64,000 nt of DNA from Scyliorhinus canicula (GCF_902713615.1 NC_052149.1:49313213-49377212); one strand, 5' to 3'; positions 37,590-51,005 are shown, counted from the stretch's first letter. The notes: a model not told the origin generated them from the sequence alone. Made by a program: numbers and translations.

Positions 37590-38350
37590 ACGCGCTGGGC
37601 TTCAGAAACAACCCTTACATTTCTGGCAACATGTGAGTTTTAGTGCCAATTCTTCAATCAGGGAAGTCACCAATTCTCTGTTTGCCAGTTCATTACATCA
37701 GATGCTGGAGTAAGACATGGGTAAGGGGATCACAAGCACGGGATTGTGAGTGCTTGGAGCTCCTGACTGCATTAATGTTGCCAACAAGACCAATCAAATA
37801 TGTCAATTGGAAGAGACTTTACTGCATCAATGTCCAACTGGTGTGTGATTACAGATTCAACTTTCCGCACAATGCCCGCTCTACAGGCAACTGCCATTTC
37901 CAGCATCGACCCGCTTAACCCTGCCCCTTCCACAATTTTACCTGTGACATTGACCAATTAATGGCCATGTAAGGGCTTCCTCTGTCGCTTGTATTTTACT
38001 CATGGTGGGGGAGGATGGCACCAAGTGTCCAGCATGTCTTGTTTCATGGGTTGAGCCGGTGACTAATCAAAGGGGGGGGGAGGAATGGGTGGGGAGTAAC
38101 TTTACTGGTGCCCTGTACCCATTGGGGACCCCCACCCCTATCAATGATGTGGAGAAGCCCTATAAAGGGTTCACATTCACTCTCTATTAAAATTGAACAG
38201 GCCATTGGCATGCTGATAGATCGATTCAGGTGCCAAGGTATGTCTGGCATTCCCTCTAGTATCATCACACAATGTTGCTTCATGCTTTGCGGTGGCCCAC
38301 TGTGCCCGTTATATTTTAATTCTACAGGAAGGCCTGGACTCCAGAGGTGA
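37590..38350 (+). pseudogene. PIF/Harbinger (HARBI1-like DDE) transposase fossil
   Basis: Motifs in correct order across frameshifts: IREVTNSLFA (~37657), VLGAPDCINVA (~37750; cf. GAIDCTHVA), YVNWKRLYCINVQLVCDYR (cf. NRKGFHSINVQLVCD), IEQAIGMLIDRFRC (cf. IERTIGLLKxRFRCL). Confidence 0.8.
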
Positions 38351-38557
38351 AGACAGAATGAGAAACTGAATGCACAATGTCGGAGGGACTTGGACATGTG
38401 GGCCACACACAGGGTCACAGCAGCTTCTGGAAATGAGTGGTGACTGATCAGACAGACTCTCAAGAATCTTTTATCACATAGCTTTCCAACATCTTTAATA
38501 AACAGGATGTTTCGCAGTAAATTAATTTCACAACTTATTCAGAATAAACGACTCATT

Positions 38558-38894
38558 GGGGCAGCAGGGTAGTACAGTGGTCAGCACAGTTGCTTCACAG
38601 CTCCAGGATCCCAGGTTCGATTCCGGCTTGGGTCACTGTCTGTGCGGAGTGCACGTTCTCCCTGTGTCTGCGTGGGTTTCCTCCGGGTGCTCCGGTTTCC
38701 TCCCATAGTCTAAAGATGTGCGGGTTAGGTGGATTGGCCATGATAAATTGCCCTTAGTGTCCAAAAAGGTTAGCTGGGGTTACTGGGTAACGGGGATGGG
38801 GTGGTGGCGTGGGCTGAAGTAGGTGCTCTTTCCAAGAGTCGTTGCAGACTCGATGGACCAAATGGCCTCCTTCCGAACGGCAAATTCTATGATT
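38558..38894 (+). mobile_element. V-SINE with CR1-type tail (older subfamily)
   Basis: Head and V-like core; tail ending ttctatgatt. Confidence 0.88.
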
Positions 38895-39074
38895 ACCAAC
38901 CCCATGTCCATATGTACTTTTCCCCAACATTTTTCCTGGCAACCTTGTTTCCAACAATGCAATGAATGTGATCAATATATTGTAATCAACAAAAAATACT
39001 TCCAATATGCTAGTTGCCCTCTAAATACAATCCAGCTTTAAATCTTGCAACCAGGCCCATGGAATGGCTTGCTT

Positions 39075-39115
<41 letters not shown>

Positions 39116-40792
39116 CAATATCTTTTCTGGGCCTTCCAGGCAAATCTCACCAATTGCTGGCAGGACGCGTGTCCTAATGAGCTGAACCCTGCATTTCTGA
39201 CAGGGTCACGATCGGAGCTGGAAAGGGAGGTGAAATCCTGCCCTACTTGTACTTCCAGTGGCAGATTGAGAGACCCAGAATGTTATGGCCATTTTGCACA
39301 TGGACTGAGTAAGCCGAATTGTGTGAGAATGGAGAGGGAATAGTTAACGGAATATTCAGTTGGCTCAGCTAGCCTAGCCCGAAATGGCTGTTCATTTATC
39401 ACTGAAGCTTGCAAAAATGATTTGCGTCCCACAAGCCATAATGAGTCCAGCATGTTGCATTAAATTTGTTCTCGATGAATGGTATTTCTTCTGAGAGTAT
39501 ATGATATCCAAAGTTCTTGGCATTTTACTACAAAATGCTGCAGCTGTGACACAAATAGGAAACAAAGTCTTTCATTCTTTAGCTAAATAGTGCAGAGTTC
39601 AGTTAGCTTCTTCAACTGGAGCAAGTAGCCATGGACGATTTTTACAGATTAATGTTCAATAAAAACCTGGTTTTATATTTCACCTCCAATCCTCATGTAA
39701 ACTGTTTGCACTACATTTTCACAAGCTATGAATAATACAGCAATAAAAGTACATTTAAGCTGACAGTGCAGATAGAGGGGTGGTGAAATGTGTGCTCTTC
39801 CAGATGTACTGTAAAATGATTATATTTTCTGTACACATGGATGGAGATAGACATTACGACGGGGAATTAAATACCTAGCAGGTTATTTGAAAGCACCTTA
39901 ACTGAAGGCCCCCAATTACATTTGTGGTTTAAATAATTGCACCTCTCTGTCGATAATATAGGAATTATTTCCTTTATTGAAGAAAAGGGGAGTGAAGCAC
40001 ATTTGAAACTGCAAGGCTTTGCAAAGTTATTTTTGATTTTCTCATTTGTTTTTCTTTGTTTTCTTTTTCATCTTTGCTTTCCGGCAATTAAATCGCATGA
40101 TGTGCTTGTACTTTCAAGCAGAATCTGGAGATCAAGCAGACCAGTTCCAGCCATGCAAGCACCATTGCTCCAGCCTGACACAATAACAATATGTGGCATT
40201 CAATGAACTATCTATCCTTCAGACACTGAAGATACAATCTGTCTTTGCTAATGGCATTTTCAATTTTAAGCATTAAGATTTATTCATTCAACATTCATAA
40301 CTGAGACTCTCTTAGCCAGCACTTCAGATAGGTATTGATGAATTCCCCTCATTAAAAGGATTGCAAAATCCAAAACATTCAAGCACAATAATACCTTCTC
40401 CAAGCAGTTTTTCACCAGGAAGATCTTGACAGAGGAGAAACCTCCATCAGCAGGGAATGAGACGTTCCACGTGTGTGAATTCCTCAGTAATGGGGTTTAG
40501 AGGCTTTTGGCTGATTCCCACGTGCGGCAGACATCCAATTGACCAAAAACAAAATTGCCGCTGCCGTGATAATTATTCAGCGACCCTTTGCCCAGAAGTG
40601 TGTGTTTGTGGACATTGGGCTCAGCTGCGAAGTACTCCACAGTTCAATAGCCTGCCAACATTTATGGCCCAGTTTCAAATATTAAGAACTGCTACTCTGG
40701 AAGGGTACTGATGGATGCATGCACCCACTGAACTACTACAATCAATAATGAAAATAGAATAAAAACTACATATTATAATGTTGAAAATGCCA

Positions 40793-41078
40793 GGACAGCA
40801 CGATGGCGCAGTGGTTAGCATTGCCACCTCACAGCTCCAGGGACCCGGGTTCAATTCCAGCCTCGGGTGATTGTCTGCGTTTGTACTTTCTCCCCGTGTC
40901 TGCGTGGGTTTCCACCAGGTGCACTGGTTACCTCCCACAATCCAAAGATGTGTAGATTAGGTGAATTGGTCATGCTAAATTGCCCCTTAGTATCCAAAAG
41001 GTATGGAGGTTAGGTGAGGTTACTGGGTTAGAGTAGGCTGAATGGCCTCCTTCTGCATAGTAAATTCTATGATTCTAT
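40793..41078 (+). mobile_element. V-SINE, diverged
   Basis: Head and V-like core; ttctatgattctat tail. Confidence 0.85.
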
Positions 41079-42491
41079 ATAAAGATAATTGCATTAATAT
41101 TAAATTTAACAATTTATTGAGTTGTAGAGCTGTGCGAGATGGAAAATTTCACCTTGGTTCAGTCGGAAGTCTGCCTGAGGCTGGCTATGTTGCAGCAAAT
41201 TAGCATGTATCCAGACTGTGCTGTACCTTTTGCTTCAATATTAACATTGCAGTAAAAAGAGGAGAGGATGTCAGTCCCACCACTAACATCCCTCATCATT
41301 ATTCCAAATAAAAAATGTGTTGGAGCAGTTATCCATGGCTTTAATGTAATATTAGCTTTTAACAAAATACATTTTCTTCCAACTTGAGTAACTCTTAAAA
41401 ACGAAAACAAAGTATTGAACTAAACTCGACCTTACTCCCAGTGATATGGAAGAGCTACTTAATGCACTACATTAGTCTAATAAGGTACAACTCCAATTGT
41501 TAATCAATAAACCGTGTCCTTTTTAAAAAAAATGTTAATTAATATTGTTAAAGACTGTTAACATTTAAAGAAGCTATCTAAGCACCCAGCAATCAACCAA
41601 CAGAACCCACAAATGTCATGTTTGTCTTAGAAACAAATTACATTGCAAAAAATAAAGCTTATGCGATCAATTCAATTCTACTTATTTTGCCCCCCACCCC
41701 CAATGTTCTATTATCTTACAAAATCATGAAGGACCATTCATTTCTCCTGGGACCAGCCCAAAAAGTATGCCACTTTTGTGTTTTATCAGGGGCATCCCTC
41801 ACCCCCTGATAAAAGTTGACAGCCTTCCAGAATTTACTTTAATTCTCCTTTGTATTCTAGCTATTTCGCAAGGTTCAAATTACACGAGGATCCTTCCATT
41901 CGCTTTTTGGACATACAGAGACTGTTTTCCCCCAACCTGCTCGCACAGTTACTACGCAGTTCTTTTCTAGCTAACCATTTAAGCTGACTGATTTCTTCCA
42001 CAAGCCTTTGCAAATACTACTACATATTACTTTCCACGAGTTGCAAGCTAGAGTACAACTGCCAGCTACTTTTCCCTCACAAAACCAAACTGGCCTCGCT
42101 GCTTCTGTCAGCACACACGGATTGAATAAACAAAATAACGTTTTAATTAAGGCATCACCCTGAATCACTTTCTCTATGGCAACATGGCATGCTATGGGAT
42201 GATACAAACAGACATGTAAATGGATTAGTTTACCTTCAACACAACTATTTGATTCTGCAACCAATATCAATAATTTATATTGCTAATGGAGCTTTATGTC
42301 ACTTTCTCCAGACTCCTGGACTCCATTACAAGCTTGGAGATGGGCCATTCATTGGCCAAAGTGCTTTTTCACTATCAACTCTGATTTTCTAAAACAAACA
42401 CTGGTTAGTTTTTAAGCATAATAAACTCAAGCTAGTTTGAGAGCATTTAGATCTGAATTTCTTATCAGGTTTTCAATTAGATGCCCCCATC

Positions 42492-42843
42492 TAGAACATA
42501 GAACATAGAACAGTACAGCACAGAACAGGCCCTTCGGCCCTCAATGTTGTGCCGAGCCATGATCACCCTACTCAAACCCACGTATCCACCCTATACCCGT
42601 AACCCAACAACCCCCCCCTTAACCTTACTTTTATTAGGACACTACGGGCAATTTAGCTTGACCAATCCACCTAACCCGCACATCTTTGGACTGTGGGAGG
42701 AAACCGGAGCACCCGGAGGAAACCCACGCACACACGGGGAGGACGTGCAGACTCCGCACAGACAGTGACCCAGCCGGGAATCGAACCTGGGACCCTGGAG
42801 CTGTGAAGCATTTATGCTAACCACCATGCTACCCTGCTGCCCC
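42492..42843 (-). mobile_element. V-SINE (HE1-like), young copy
   Basis: Reverse complement near-identical to 12893-13242. Confidence 0.93.
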
Positions 42844-42908
42844 AATCTATTAACAGTTAAAACTTTAATTATAAAACTAAAAGTTTTATTACAAAAGATA
42901 TGAACAAG

Positions 42909-43515
42909 GGGCGGGATTCTCCGCGAACCGGCGGGGCGGGCAACTCCTGCACGAAGGAGAGGCCTGAACCACTCCGGCAACGGGCCGCCCCGAAGGTGCG
43001 GAATCTTCCGCACCTTCAGGGGCTAGGCCGGTGGCGGAGTGGTTTGCTCCGCGCCGGCCAGCGCGGAAGGGCTTGGCGCCACACCAACGGGCGCCAAAGA
43101 GCGAGTTGGCGCATGCGCGGGAGCGACAGCATGTGCTGGCCATCGCAGACTGTTACTGCGGCAGATGCGGAGGAATAGAGGGCCCCCATGGCACAGGCCC
43201 CCCCGCGAATCGGTGTGCTCCGATCGCTGGCCAGGCCACCGTGGGGGCACCCCTCAGGGCCAGATCCTGCTCCGCCCCCCCCCCCCCCCTCCTGAGGACC
43301 CCGGAGGGCGCCTGCGGAGCTGGGTCCCGCCAGTAAGTACCTACCTTAATTTACGCCGGCGGGACGGGCCTAATATTGGCGGCCGCTCGGCATATCGCGG
43401 ACGGGAGAATTCGGGCGGCCCCGGGCCCCATTGCTTCGCGCCAGTCCTCGCCATTCTCCGAGGGGAGATTTTGGGGGGGCCGGAGAATTCGGCGGGAGTT
43501 TGGAGAATCCCGCCC
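42909..43515. mobile_element. Harbinger-type MITE, complete
   Basis: Perfect 14-bp TIRs gggcgggattctcc / ggagaatcccgccc; perfect TSD AAG/AAG. Confidence 0.93.
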
Positions 43516-44157
43516 AAGGTTTTTGCAGCAATATCACATTTTGTATAACGCCAAAATGAAGTAGGAAACTTTGCATGCAGAAATTCCATGGTTAAAATGA
43601 AGCTGCGCAACTTTTCAGATGTTTGATGTTGTATGGCATGTCGTTCTTCACTGAGATTCTCACTGGCAAGATCTCGTTTCCCAACTTTCCCTACCCCTCG
43701 CTGATAATGTAATGAAGTTCCCACCCATCAAGGGCAGGGCTCTAATTTCAATACATTTAAATCTTATTAGAGGGTTTTCCAGCCACATGATCCCCCCTCA
43801 CGCTGAGTATACCAAGGTTGGTATAGTTCCTGGGGAGGGGGGAGAAAGAGGGACATTCCCCCAGCACAGGTTGGCATTGCCCCTGACAGTGCCAACATGT
43901 CAATGCCAACCTGTGCCATGGGGCAGCGCCTAAGGTTGGCCCTCTGAGGAGCTCCATGGGGGAGGGGTCCCCTTGTGTTTGTGTATGATGGGAGTGGGCG
44001 GGGTCACAGCTGGGAAAGGTTACAGTGTCCCCAATAGTTCTGTGATGGTGGTGGTGGTGGGGGGGAATGGAGAAATGCCCCTGATAAAGCCATGTTGAGG
44101 AAGGGGGTGGGGAAAGTGCCCCTGACACTTGTGGTGGGGAGCTGTATTTGTGTATGT

Positions 44158-44188
<31 letters not shown>

Positions 44189-44751
44189 GGGGGGAAGCAT
44201 ATTTTAAACAGTCTGGAGCGCTGTTTAAATAGAGTCCCATCCCGCCAGAGTGACATCGTAAACCTAGCCCCCAGATTTACTGTATACTGAATGCCGGAAA
44301 ATGCGGTCTGAAATCTCAGCTATGCATCTGGAGAGATACACATGGGTTTTCAAACAGAGCCTGACCCTCGGCCAAATTTTGGTAAAATTCCATTCAATGA
44401 AGCAGCATTTGGGACACACACACCATCAGGCAATTGCCATCTCCAACAAGAGAGAATCTGACCAGCTCCCCTTGACATAAAACACCATTCTCATTGATGA
44501 ATTCCCACCACAAATATTCAAGAGCCCAATATTCACTTGAAACTTATTTGAACTAAGTACAGAGCAGGTCAGGGACTGGGAATTCTGTGGCGGGGTACTC
44601 TCCCTCCCGACTTCCCAAAATCTGTCCACCATGTATAAGAACAAGCCAGGAGTGTAATAGAATAACATGCACTTGCCGAGATGAGAGAACTTTAAACAAC
44701 AAAACTCAGCATCATTTAGGTTAAAACAGACTACTTGATTAGCATCTCATA

Positions 44752-45095
44752 GGGCAGCACAGTAGCACAGTGGTTAGCACTGTTGCTTCACAACACCAGG
44801 GTCCCCGGTTCGTTTCCCCACTGGGTCACTATCTGTGCAGAGTCTGCATGTTCTCCCAGTGTCTGCATGGGTTTCCTCCGGGTGCTCCGGTTTCCTCCCA
44901 CAGTCCAAAGACGTACTGGTTAGGTGGATTGGCCATGCTAAAATTGCCCTTAGTGTGCAAAATGTTAGGAGGGGTAGGAAGGGTAGCAGGAGTTATTGGG
45001 TTACGGCGTTAGGGTAGAAGTGAGAGCTTAGGTGGGTCGGTGCAGACTCGATGGGCCGAATGGCCTCCTTCTACACTGTATGTTCTATGTTCTAT
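44752..45095 (+). mobile_element. V-SINE with CR1-type tail
   Basis: Head and V-like core; (TTCTATG)n tail. Confidence 0.88.
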
Positions 45096-46859
45096 TCCCC
45101 AAACCGCATCCTACTCTCCACGCAGACACAGTGAGCAGGGAAGGAAAAGTTAAAAAATAACAGGGATTAAAATGGCTGAGATTAATCTTTGTTGTGGAGG
45201 TGGTAGTCAAGTCTGAGACCTTGAAATCATCAGTTGGTTTTAAGGTTTGTCTCCAATTAGAACTCGCAAGTTGTAGAATTTCCTCTGGGGAGTCACTTTC
45301 ACTGGACCGACCTCAGTCTCAGTGAGACTATCTTAAAAATTCTCTCCCTGAGCACTGAAAATAGGGTTTTCTTTCTACTCTCCCTCTGAAACATTTGTCT
45401 GTTCCTTCTACAGATCAAGATTAACTGTATTGAAGAGAAAGTAAAAGACCCTTTCTTCCAGATCTCTAGCGATTTCAAGGGAGAGCTATCAGCACTGTGC
45501 CTTCCCCAGCCTTCTGACTGGAGAGCGCCTGCAGCCTATTGATCAGAGGTTAAACTTCACAGGCCTGGCTGGGTAGAACAATTGCAGCATTTAAATCAGG
45601 AGTTAAACCTTCACAGGCCTGACAGAGAGAGTGTTTAAATCAGCTCCTGCTGCTTCATAGGTTTTGGCAGCTGTACTGTTTGAGCTGGTGTTTGGAAAGG
45701 GTGGGTGTTGTTCGGAGTTCCCAGTCCTCATTGGATGCACACCCCAAAGTCATAACCCCCTTTAACGCTGCACCTCCCCATCTCTCAAATTCCCCCCCAC
45801 CTTCCTCATCCCCCTCACTGGGTTCTGACTGCCAGCTCTGCTGATAGTCCTGACTTACCTTGAAGTCCAGTTGCACAACCTCTTCTTCTCCAGGGACTGG
45901 CTGTATTCCAAGGAGTGGCCACCGTTCGAATGTAGCACTGCTGGGACTATAGGAGCTGCCAGCCAATCTAATTAGCTGCCAGCTCTCTATGGCAGAAGTT
46001 CCTCCCCGGATGAGGGTGACGATGGGAGTGGACAATTAACGCAGCTTCCAGTGCTAAATGGCTGCAGGGCAGCCAGCACCTTCATGGGCCGGCTGACCTT
46101 TAAGTCGGGTGGGGTTGGGATGGCAGGGGGAATAGAGTATCCTGTAACATTCAACCCAATCTGTGTGGGAGACAGCAATTCCCATAGAAGAATTACCATC
46201 ATACATGCTGAATAAAGAGGTGTGAAAGACACTTGGAGTAATTTGGATAATAGCCAACTGCTGCTGATGATGATGAAGAGTGAATTGCTGTCTCATACTG
46301 AAATTCAAACATGGTCATTCTAATTTGCTCAAACTCTGCTTGACAATTTGAAAGCCCCCAAATTGTGTTCAATGAGATTATCACTCTGTGGGGAAGGTCA
46401 TTTTGCCTCACAGATAAAACCCACAATAATAATCGGCAGAGAGAGACTGTTCTGAAGGGGAGTTCCAACTCAACCATTTTAACATTCCCTTTTGTTCTAA
46501 CCATTAAGACTTTCATTTTCTTTGCAAAATAGTGACACATAACAGATGGCATTTTAAGTGATTCTGGACCAAAATTACAAGTGGAATTTATAAACCTCAA
46601 ATAAAAATGTAAACTGCTTAATAACATAATGAAATCTGTTTTTGGACCATTCAATTAGTCCCGTTCCCCGCTCTTTTCCCATGGCTTGCAATACATATAT
46701 CACGTGATTTTTATTAGCTCAGAAGTTAATATATGCATCAGCTAGACTGAAGCTGCATTGCCATTTTATCAGTGGAGTCTGGCAGTCACTGAAGATACAT
46801 TGCCATGCGAGTGAGGGCAGAGTTTATACCACAAGTGAACAAAGAAAAACCTGTCTCAC

Positions 46860-47070
46860 AGAAAATGTTGGACAAACTCAGCAGAATCTGATGGAATCTG
46901 TGGAGCGAGACACAGAGTTAACGCTTCTACCAAACTGTAGATAGGTCAGAGGGACTCGGAACGTTAACCCTATTTCAGTCTCCACGGATGCGACCAGACC
47001 TGCTGAGTTTATCCAGCATTTCCTATTTTTATTTCAGATTTCCATTAGCATCCGCAGTATATTGTTTTCA
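46860..47070. mobile_element. Penelope-like inverted-repeat (hairpin) element; relatives at ~25575-25815 and ~59640-59770
   Basis: Imperfect inverted arms 46863-46923 and 46962-47021 (aaatgttggacaaactcagcag / ctgctgagtttatccagcattt); family assignment is from recalled similarity only. Confidence 0.6.
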
Positions 47071-47309
47071 TTAAAACAAACTGTCCAGCTGGATGCGGAT
47101 TCTGCTGCTCGAACTATCCGTTTTTAGGACATGTTTATTTTCCTTTGCTCTGGAAAGTAAATCTAAACTACAAAGCAATATTGTCACATCACATCAGCCA
47201 ATAGGCAGTCTCAATCCATAGACTTCAAAATCTGTCCAGCGGCCATTAGGGTCCCACACTGTTTGTCTGAATTCACAGGGGCAGATGATGCAGTCCTGGT
47301 ACAGTGGCT

Positions 47310-48160
47310 TTTTGTCTGTTCACTCATGGGGTGTGAGTGTCACTGGCAAGGCCAGCATTTAATGCTCACCCCCAATTTCCCTCAAGAAGGTGATGGTGAG
47401 CTGCCTTCTTGAGCTGCTGCAGTTCAAGTGGTGTAGGTACACCCACATTGCAGTTAGGAAGGAATTTGCAATAATTCTGACCTCGCGACAGTGAAAGAAC
47501 AGCGATATATTTTCAATTCAGGATGGTGCGTGACTTGGAATGACAATTGCAGGTGGAGGTACTCCCGTGAACCTGCTGTCCTTGCCCTTCTAATTGAAAG
47601 CAATTGTAGGTTTAGAAGGTGCTGTCCAAAGAGCCTTGGTGAATTCCTGCAGTGCATCTTGTAGATGGTACACATGGCTGCAACTGTGCATTGGACAGAG
47701 TGAATCTTTGTGGATGGGGTGCAAATCAAGCAGGCTGATTTGTCTTGAAGGATGGTGAGCTTCTTGAATGTTGGAGCTGCACTCATCCAGGCAATTGCAA
47801 GAGTAATTACAAGACTCTGTCTATTATTTGCCACTTATGCTATTTGGCACACAAGTAGTCCTGTGTTGTAGTTTCACCAGGTTGACGCTCCATTTTTAGG
47901 TATGCCTGATGTTGCTCCTGGTATGCTCTCCTGCACTCTTCATTGAACCAGGGTTGATCCCCTGGCTTGGTTTTAATGATGGAGTGGGGGATATGCCAGG
48001 TTAAAGAGGTTAAAGATTGTGGTTGAGTATAATTCTGCTGCTGTTGAAGGCCCACAGCGGCTCATGATTCTCCAGTCTCGAGTTGCCAGATCTGTTCGAA
48101 ATCTATCGCATTTAGTTGTGCCACAGAAGACGATCAAGAGCATCCTTAATGTGAAGATGG
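47310..48160 (-). mobile_element. CR1-like LINE (second family), internally deleted
   Basis: KPGDQPWFNEECRRA; WMSAAPTFKKL; 3' end matches the 36120 region. Confidence 0.85.
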
Positions 48161-48943
48161 AGCTTTTCTTTTTCCTAAGCTGGGGTATGCAAGCTGGGAA
48201 ATATCCCAACTCGGCACACCAAGGTTTTCTGGAGGAAATCTGATCTTCCTCCGCATTTCCAGCCAATTTTCCTCTGGTATTTTTGCTGATCAGGAAGGCC
48301 AACCTCCCCTCGCTGAGGTCACATTCCTCATTTTAAAAATCAGATTTCCTTCCACACATACTTTTCATTTGGTGGTGTGGGGCTTTAGAATGCTATTAAA
48401 ATCACACAAGGTGTGAGAGTTTGTGAAGAAAATAGTAGCCCACTGAGGAATTGAAAACATTCTGAGAGGCAAGTGTAAAGGGTTTTTACATATCAAATGT
48501 TGGTATTTGTTACCTAATTGTAATGTATGTTTTAATACAGTAATTCATCACAGAGATCTATCATTTAAAGGTAAGCTGACCCTTAAATAGGTCAGTCTTT
48601 GGCATTTGTTCACATACAAGTGTATTTCCAATGGAAAAAGAAGCATCATTTAGTAAAAAATGTATCAAAATGTCCTGTCCGTTTGTGATGTCATTTTTTC
48701 TATTGTGATTCAAATCGCTCTGGCTGATACATGAAAAAAAAGCCTGGTTTTGACACATCAAAACAAATTTAACTATCTACTTCCTCGGCGCTCTGATTTG
48801 TTCTTTCCTTCCCAAAGAGGAATCTGTTGCTTGGACAACTGTGGTCATTATCAATGCTCGACTGAGTTTCAAACACTAATGGTTTTCAGCACATTGTTCC
48901 ACGCATCTGAGAATCAATGATAGTTTCAAGGAGATAGTTTTGT

Positions 48944-49244
48944 GGGGTAGCACAGTGGGTAGCACTGTTGCTTCGCAGCTCAAGGGTCCTAGGTTCGATT
49001 CCCGGCTTGGGTCATTGTCTGTGCGGAGTTTGCACGTTCTCCATGTGTCTGCGTGGGTTTCCTCCGGGTGATCCAGTTTCCTCCCACAAGTCCCGAAAGA
49101 CGTGCTGCTGGGTGAATTGGACATTCTGAATTCTCCCTCTGTGTACCTGAACAGGCGCCGGAATGTGGTGACTAGGGGCTTTTCACAGTAACTTCACTGC
49201 AGTGTTACTGTAAGCTGACTTGTGACCATAAAAATTATTATTAT
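48944..49244 (+). mobile_element. V-SINE variant with type-B tail
   Basis: Head and core plus aggcgccggaatgtggtgactaggggcttttcacagtaac tail, ending in (ATT)n. Confidence 0.88.
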
Positions 49245-51005
49245 AACAGATTTATAACTGATTGTACCTTTGATGTGGTTTCTGGTTTGTTGATGCAAGC
49301 TAATAGGATTAAAGGTATTGCAAGTTTTTTTTTCAAATGCCAGAGTACATTTCTTTCAGTATTAATGATATGGAGACGATTATTAGATGGTAAAAGATTC
49401 ATTTCCCACCCACAAGAAACATAAAATACTTTTCATTGATATCATGGAATCTGAGGATCCATTCATAGTGAGCGAATGGCTATGGCAGATACATGGGGGT
49501 TTTAGGGGTGACATGTAAAATCTGAAAGAGTGTGGAGAATACATAGCGTATACAGGTGGCATGGATGATATAAGGTGGCATGGTCTGTAATGGAAGTGAG
49601 TGGGAAGGTGAGAAAGGTTTACGAGGCCTTTAAGCACTGTTGGGTGGTGGAATACTATGTTGAAGTACTGCAGTGGGCCTTCCAACCAGCCTGCCTCTGC
49701 ACCCGTACTAATTCATGGCTCGCAAACTGGATTGCAAACTCAACCCTGGTGTGAAAGACAAAAATGGCACATGAGGTCACACATGGATCGGGTGTATAGT
49801 TTGCGAGCCATGTAGGTGCACAGGTCAGGTTTCCCCAAAGCCACTGGAAGATTCAGCCTCAAATACCTCACTACAATACCTGCTGATAAACTGAAATCCT
49901 AAGGAAAGAGAAATTCTAACAATTTAGGATAAATAGTTCAATAAACAATAATATGACATACTTGACATTATCTTATATTGAAGTTGAACATTACCAGGAC
50001 ACCCTGAATATTGCCACAATAAAAGGATATTTATCTAAACTAATATCAAAGAGCTGATGCCTAAGGTCTTCGGGTTTCCGAGTGACACCAGATGACATGG
50101 CCAGTTTGTTAGGTTACCCACTCTTCGTCAAGAAAATGGCATCCACTAATCTAATTGGGGTGACTTGGTCAATCTGTGGATTTTGCGCCAATGGATACAT
50201 AGATACAGCTTTGAAATTGGGAAGCAGCTAATACAGCGCATTCATTGCCTGAACTTGTTTGTCACCGTAAATCCGCACAGTAAAAATTCAATCAAAACTC
50301 TAGCAGTCCATGAATCAGGTAAAAGGAATGGACTCTGGCGCCAGCTTAAAGTTGCACATTCCCTTCATCAAACGGCGTGAATGTGTGTTAAGTAATACAG
50401 TAGAATTCCAGTGTGAATGTGAGATCTGTGTTCCACCTTGGCTCATGTTTTAATGAGCTGCCATGCTTCTTACATCAAATCAGTGTGAACCTTTCAAAGG
50501 CACGCACAGCATTCCAAGCTGATACAGTACCAGCAGTAATCTCAAGTCAAAGCGCATAAAAACTGAAGCATTACCGTGTTTGACAGTTGGGAAAAACCAA
50601 GACTATAAGTTTCCAATTATGCAACAAATAAATCGGCAGTACAATTTCAGTCTGAGGATTCAGTTAAGTTACTTCACCTGTTGTTCTTAGGCAAGGGAGC
50701 TCAATATCGCAGTTCCTGGTCATGTGAATTTTAATGGGACTTGTACTCACCTGAAAAGAATATTTCTTCATTTTGTTCATTAGTCTCTCCTGATCCCTTA
50801 CCCCACACACCAGACCTAGCATTGGAGGAGCCACATGGTCTACTCCTGCTCCTGTGCTCCTACGAAAACAGTCAAGTAAGCCATCTGCTCCAAATTATTG
50901 ACCAATTTATCAAATTGTTACAGGCATGGATGATTAACATCCTTCTAGTCATCCTCCCTCACTGTGAGAACACACTCATATTATGCTCACATCTCTCCAG
51001 GAAAG

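Noticed and set aside
45140-45650. Possible additional LTR-like repeat (also ~60041-60930)
   Set aside because: Termini and TSDs could not be defined from the sequence, so not called as separate features.
45655-46654. Minus-strand ORFs of 126 and 151 aa
   Set aside because: No recognisable domain, non-ATG starts, and composition like non-coding or old repeat DNA.
48541-48570. Plus-strand 30-nt micro-exon candidate (tacag|...AAG|gtaagc) reading IHHRDLSFK, kinase-like
   Set aside because: Too short, no partner exons found on that strand, and the HRD resemblance is plausibly chance.
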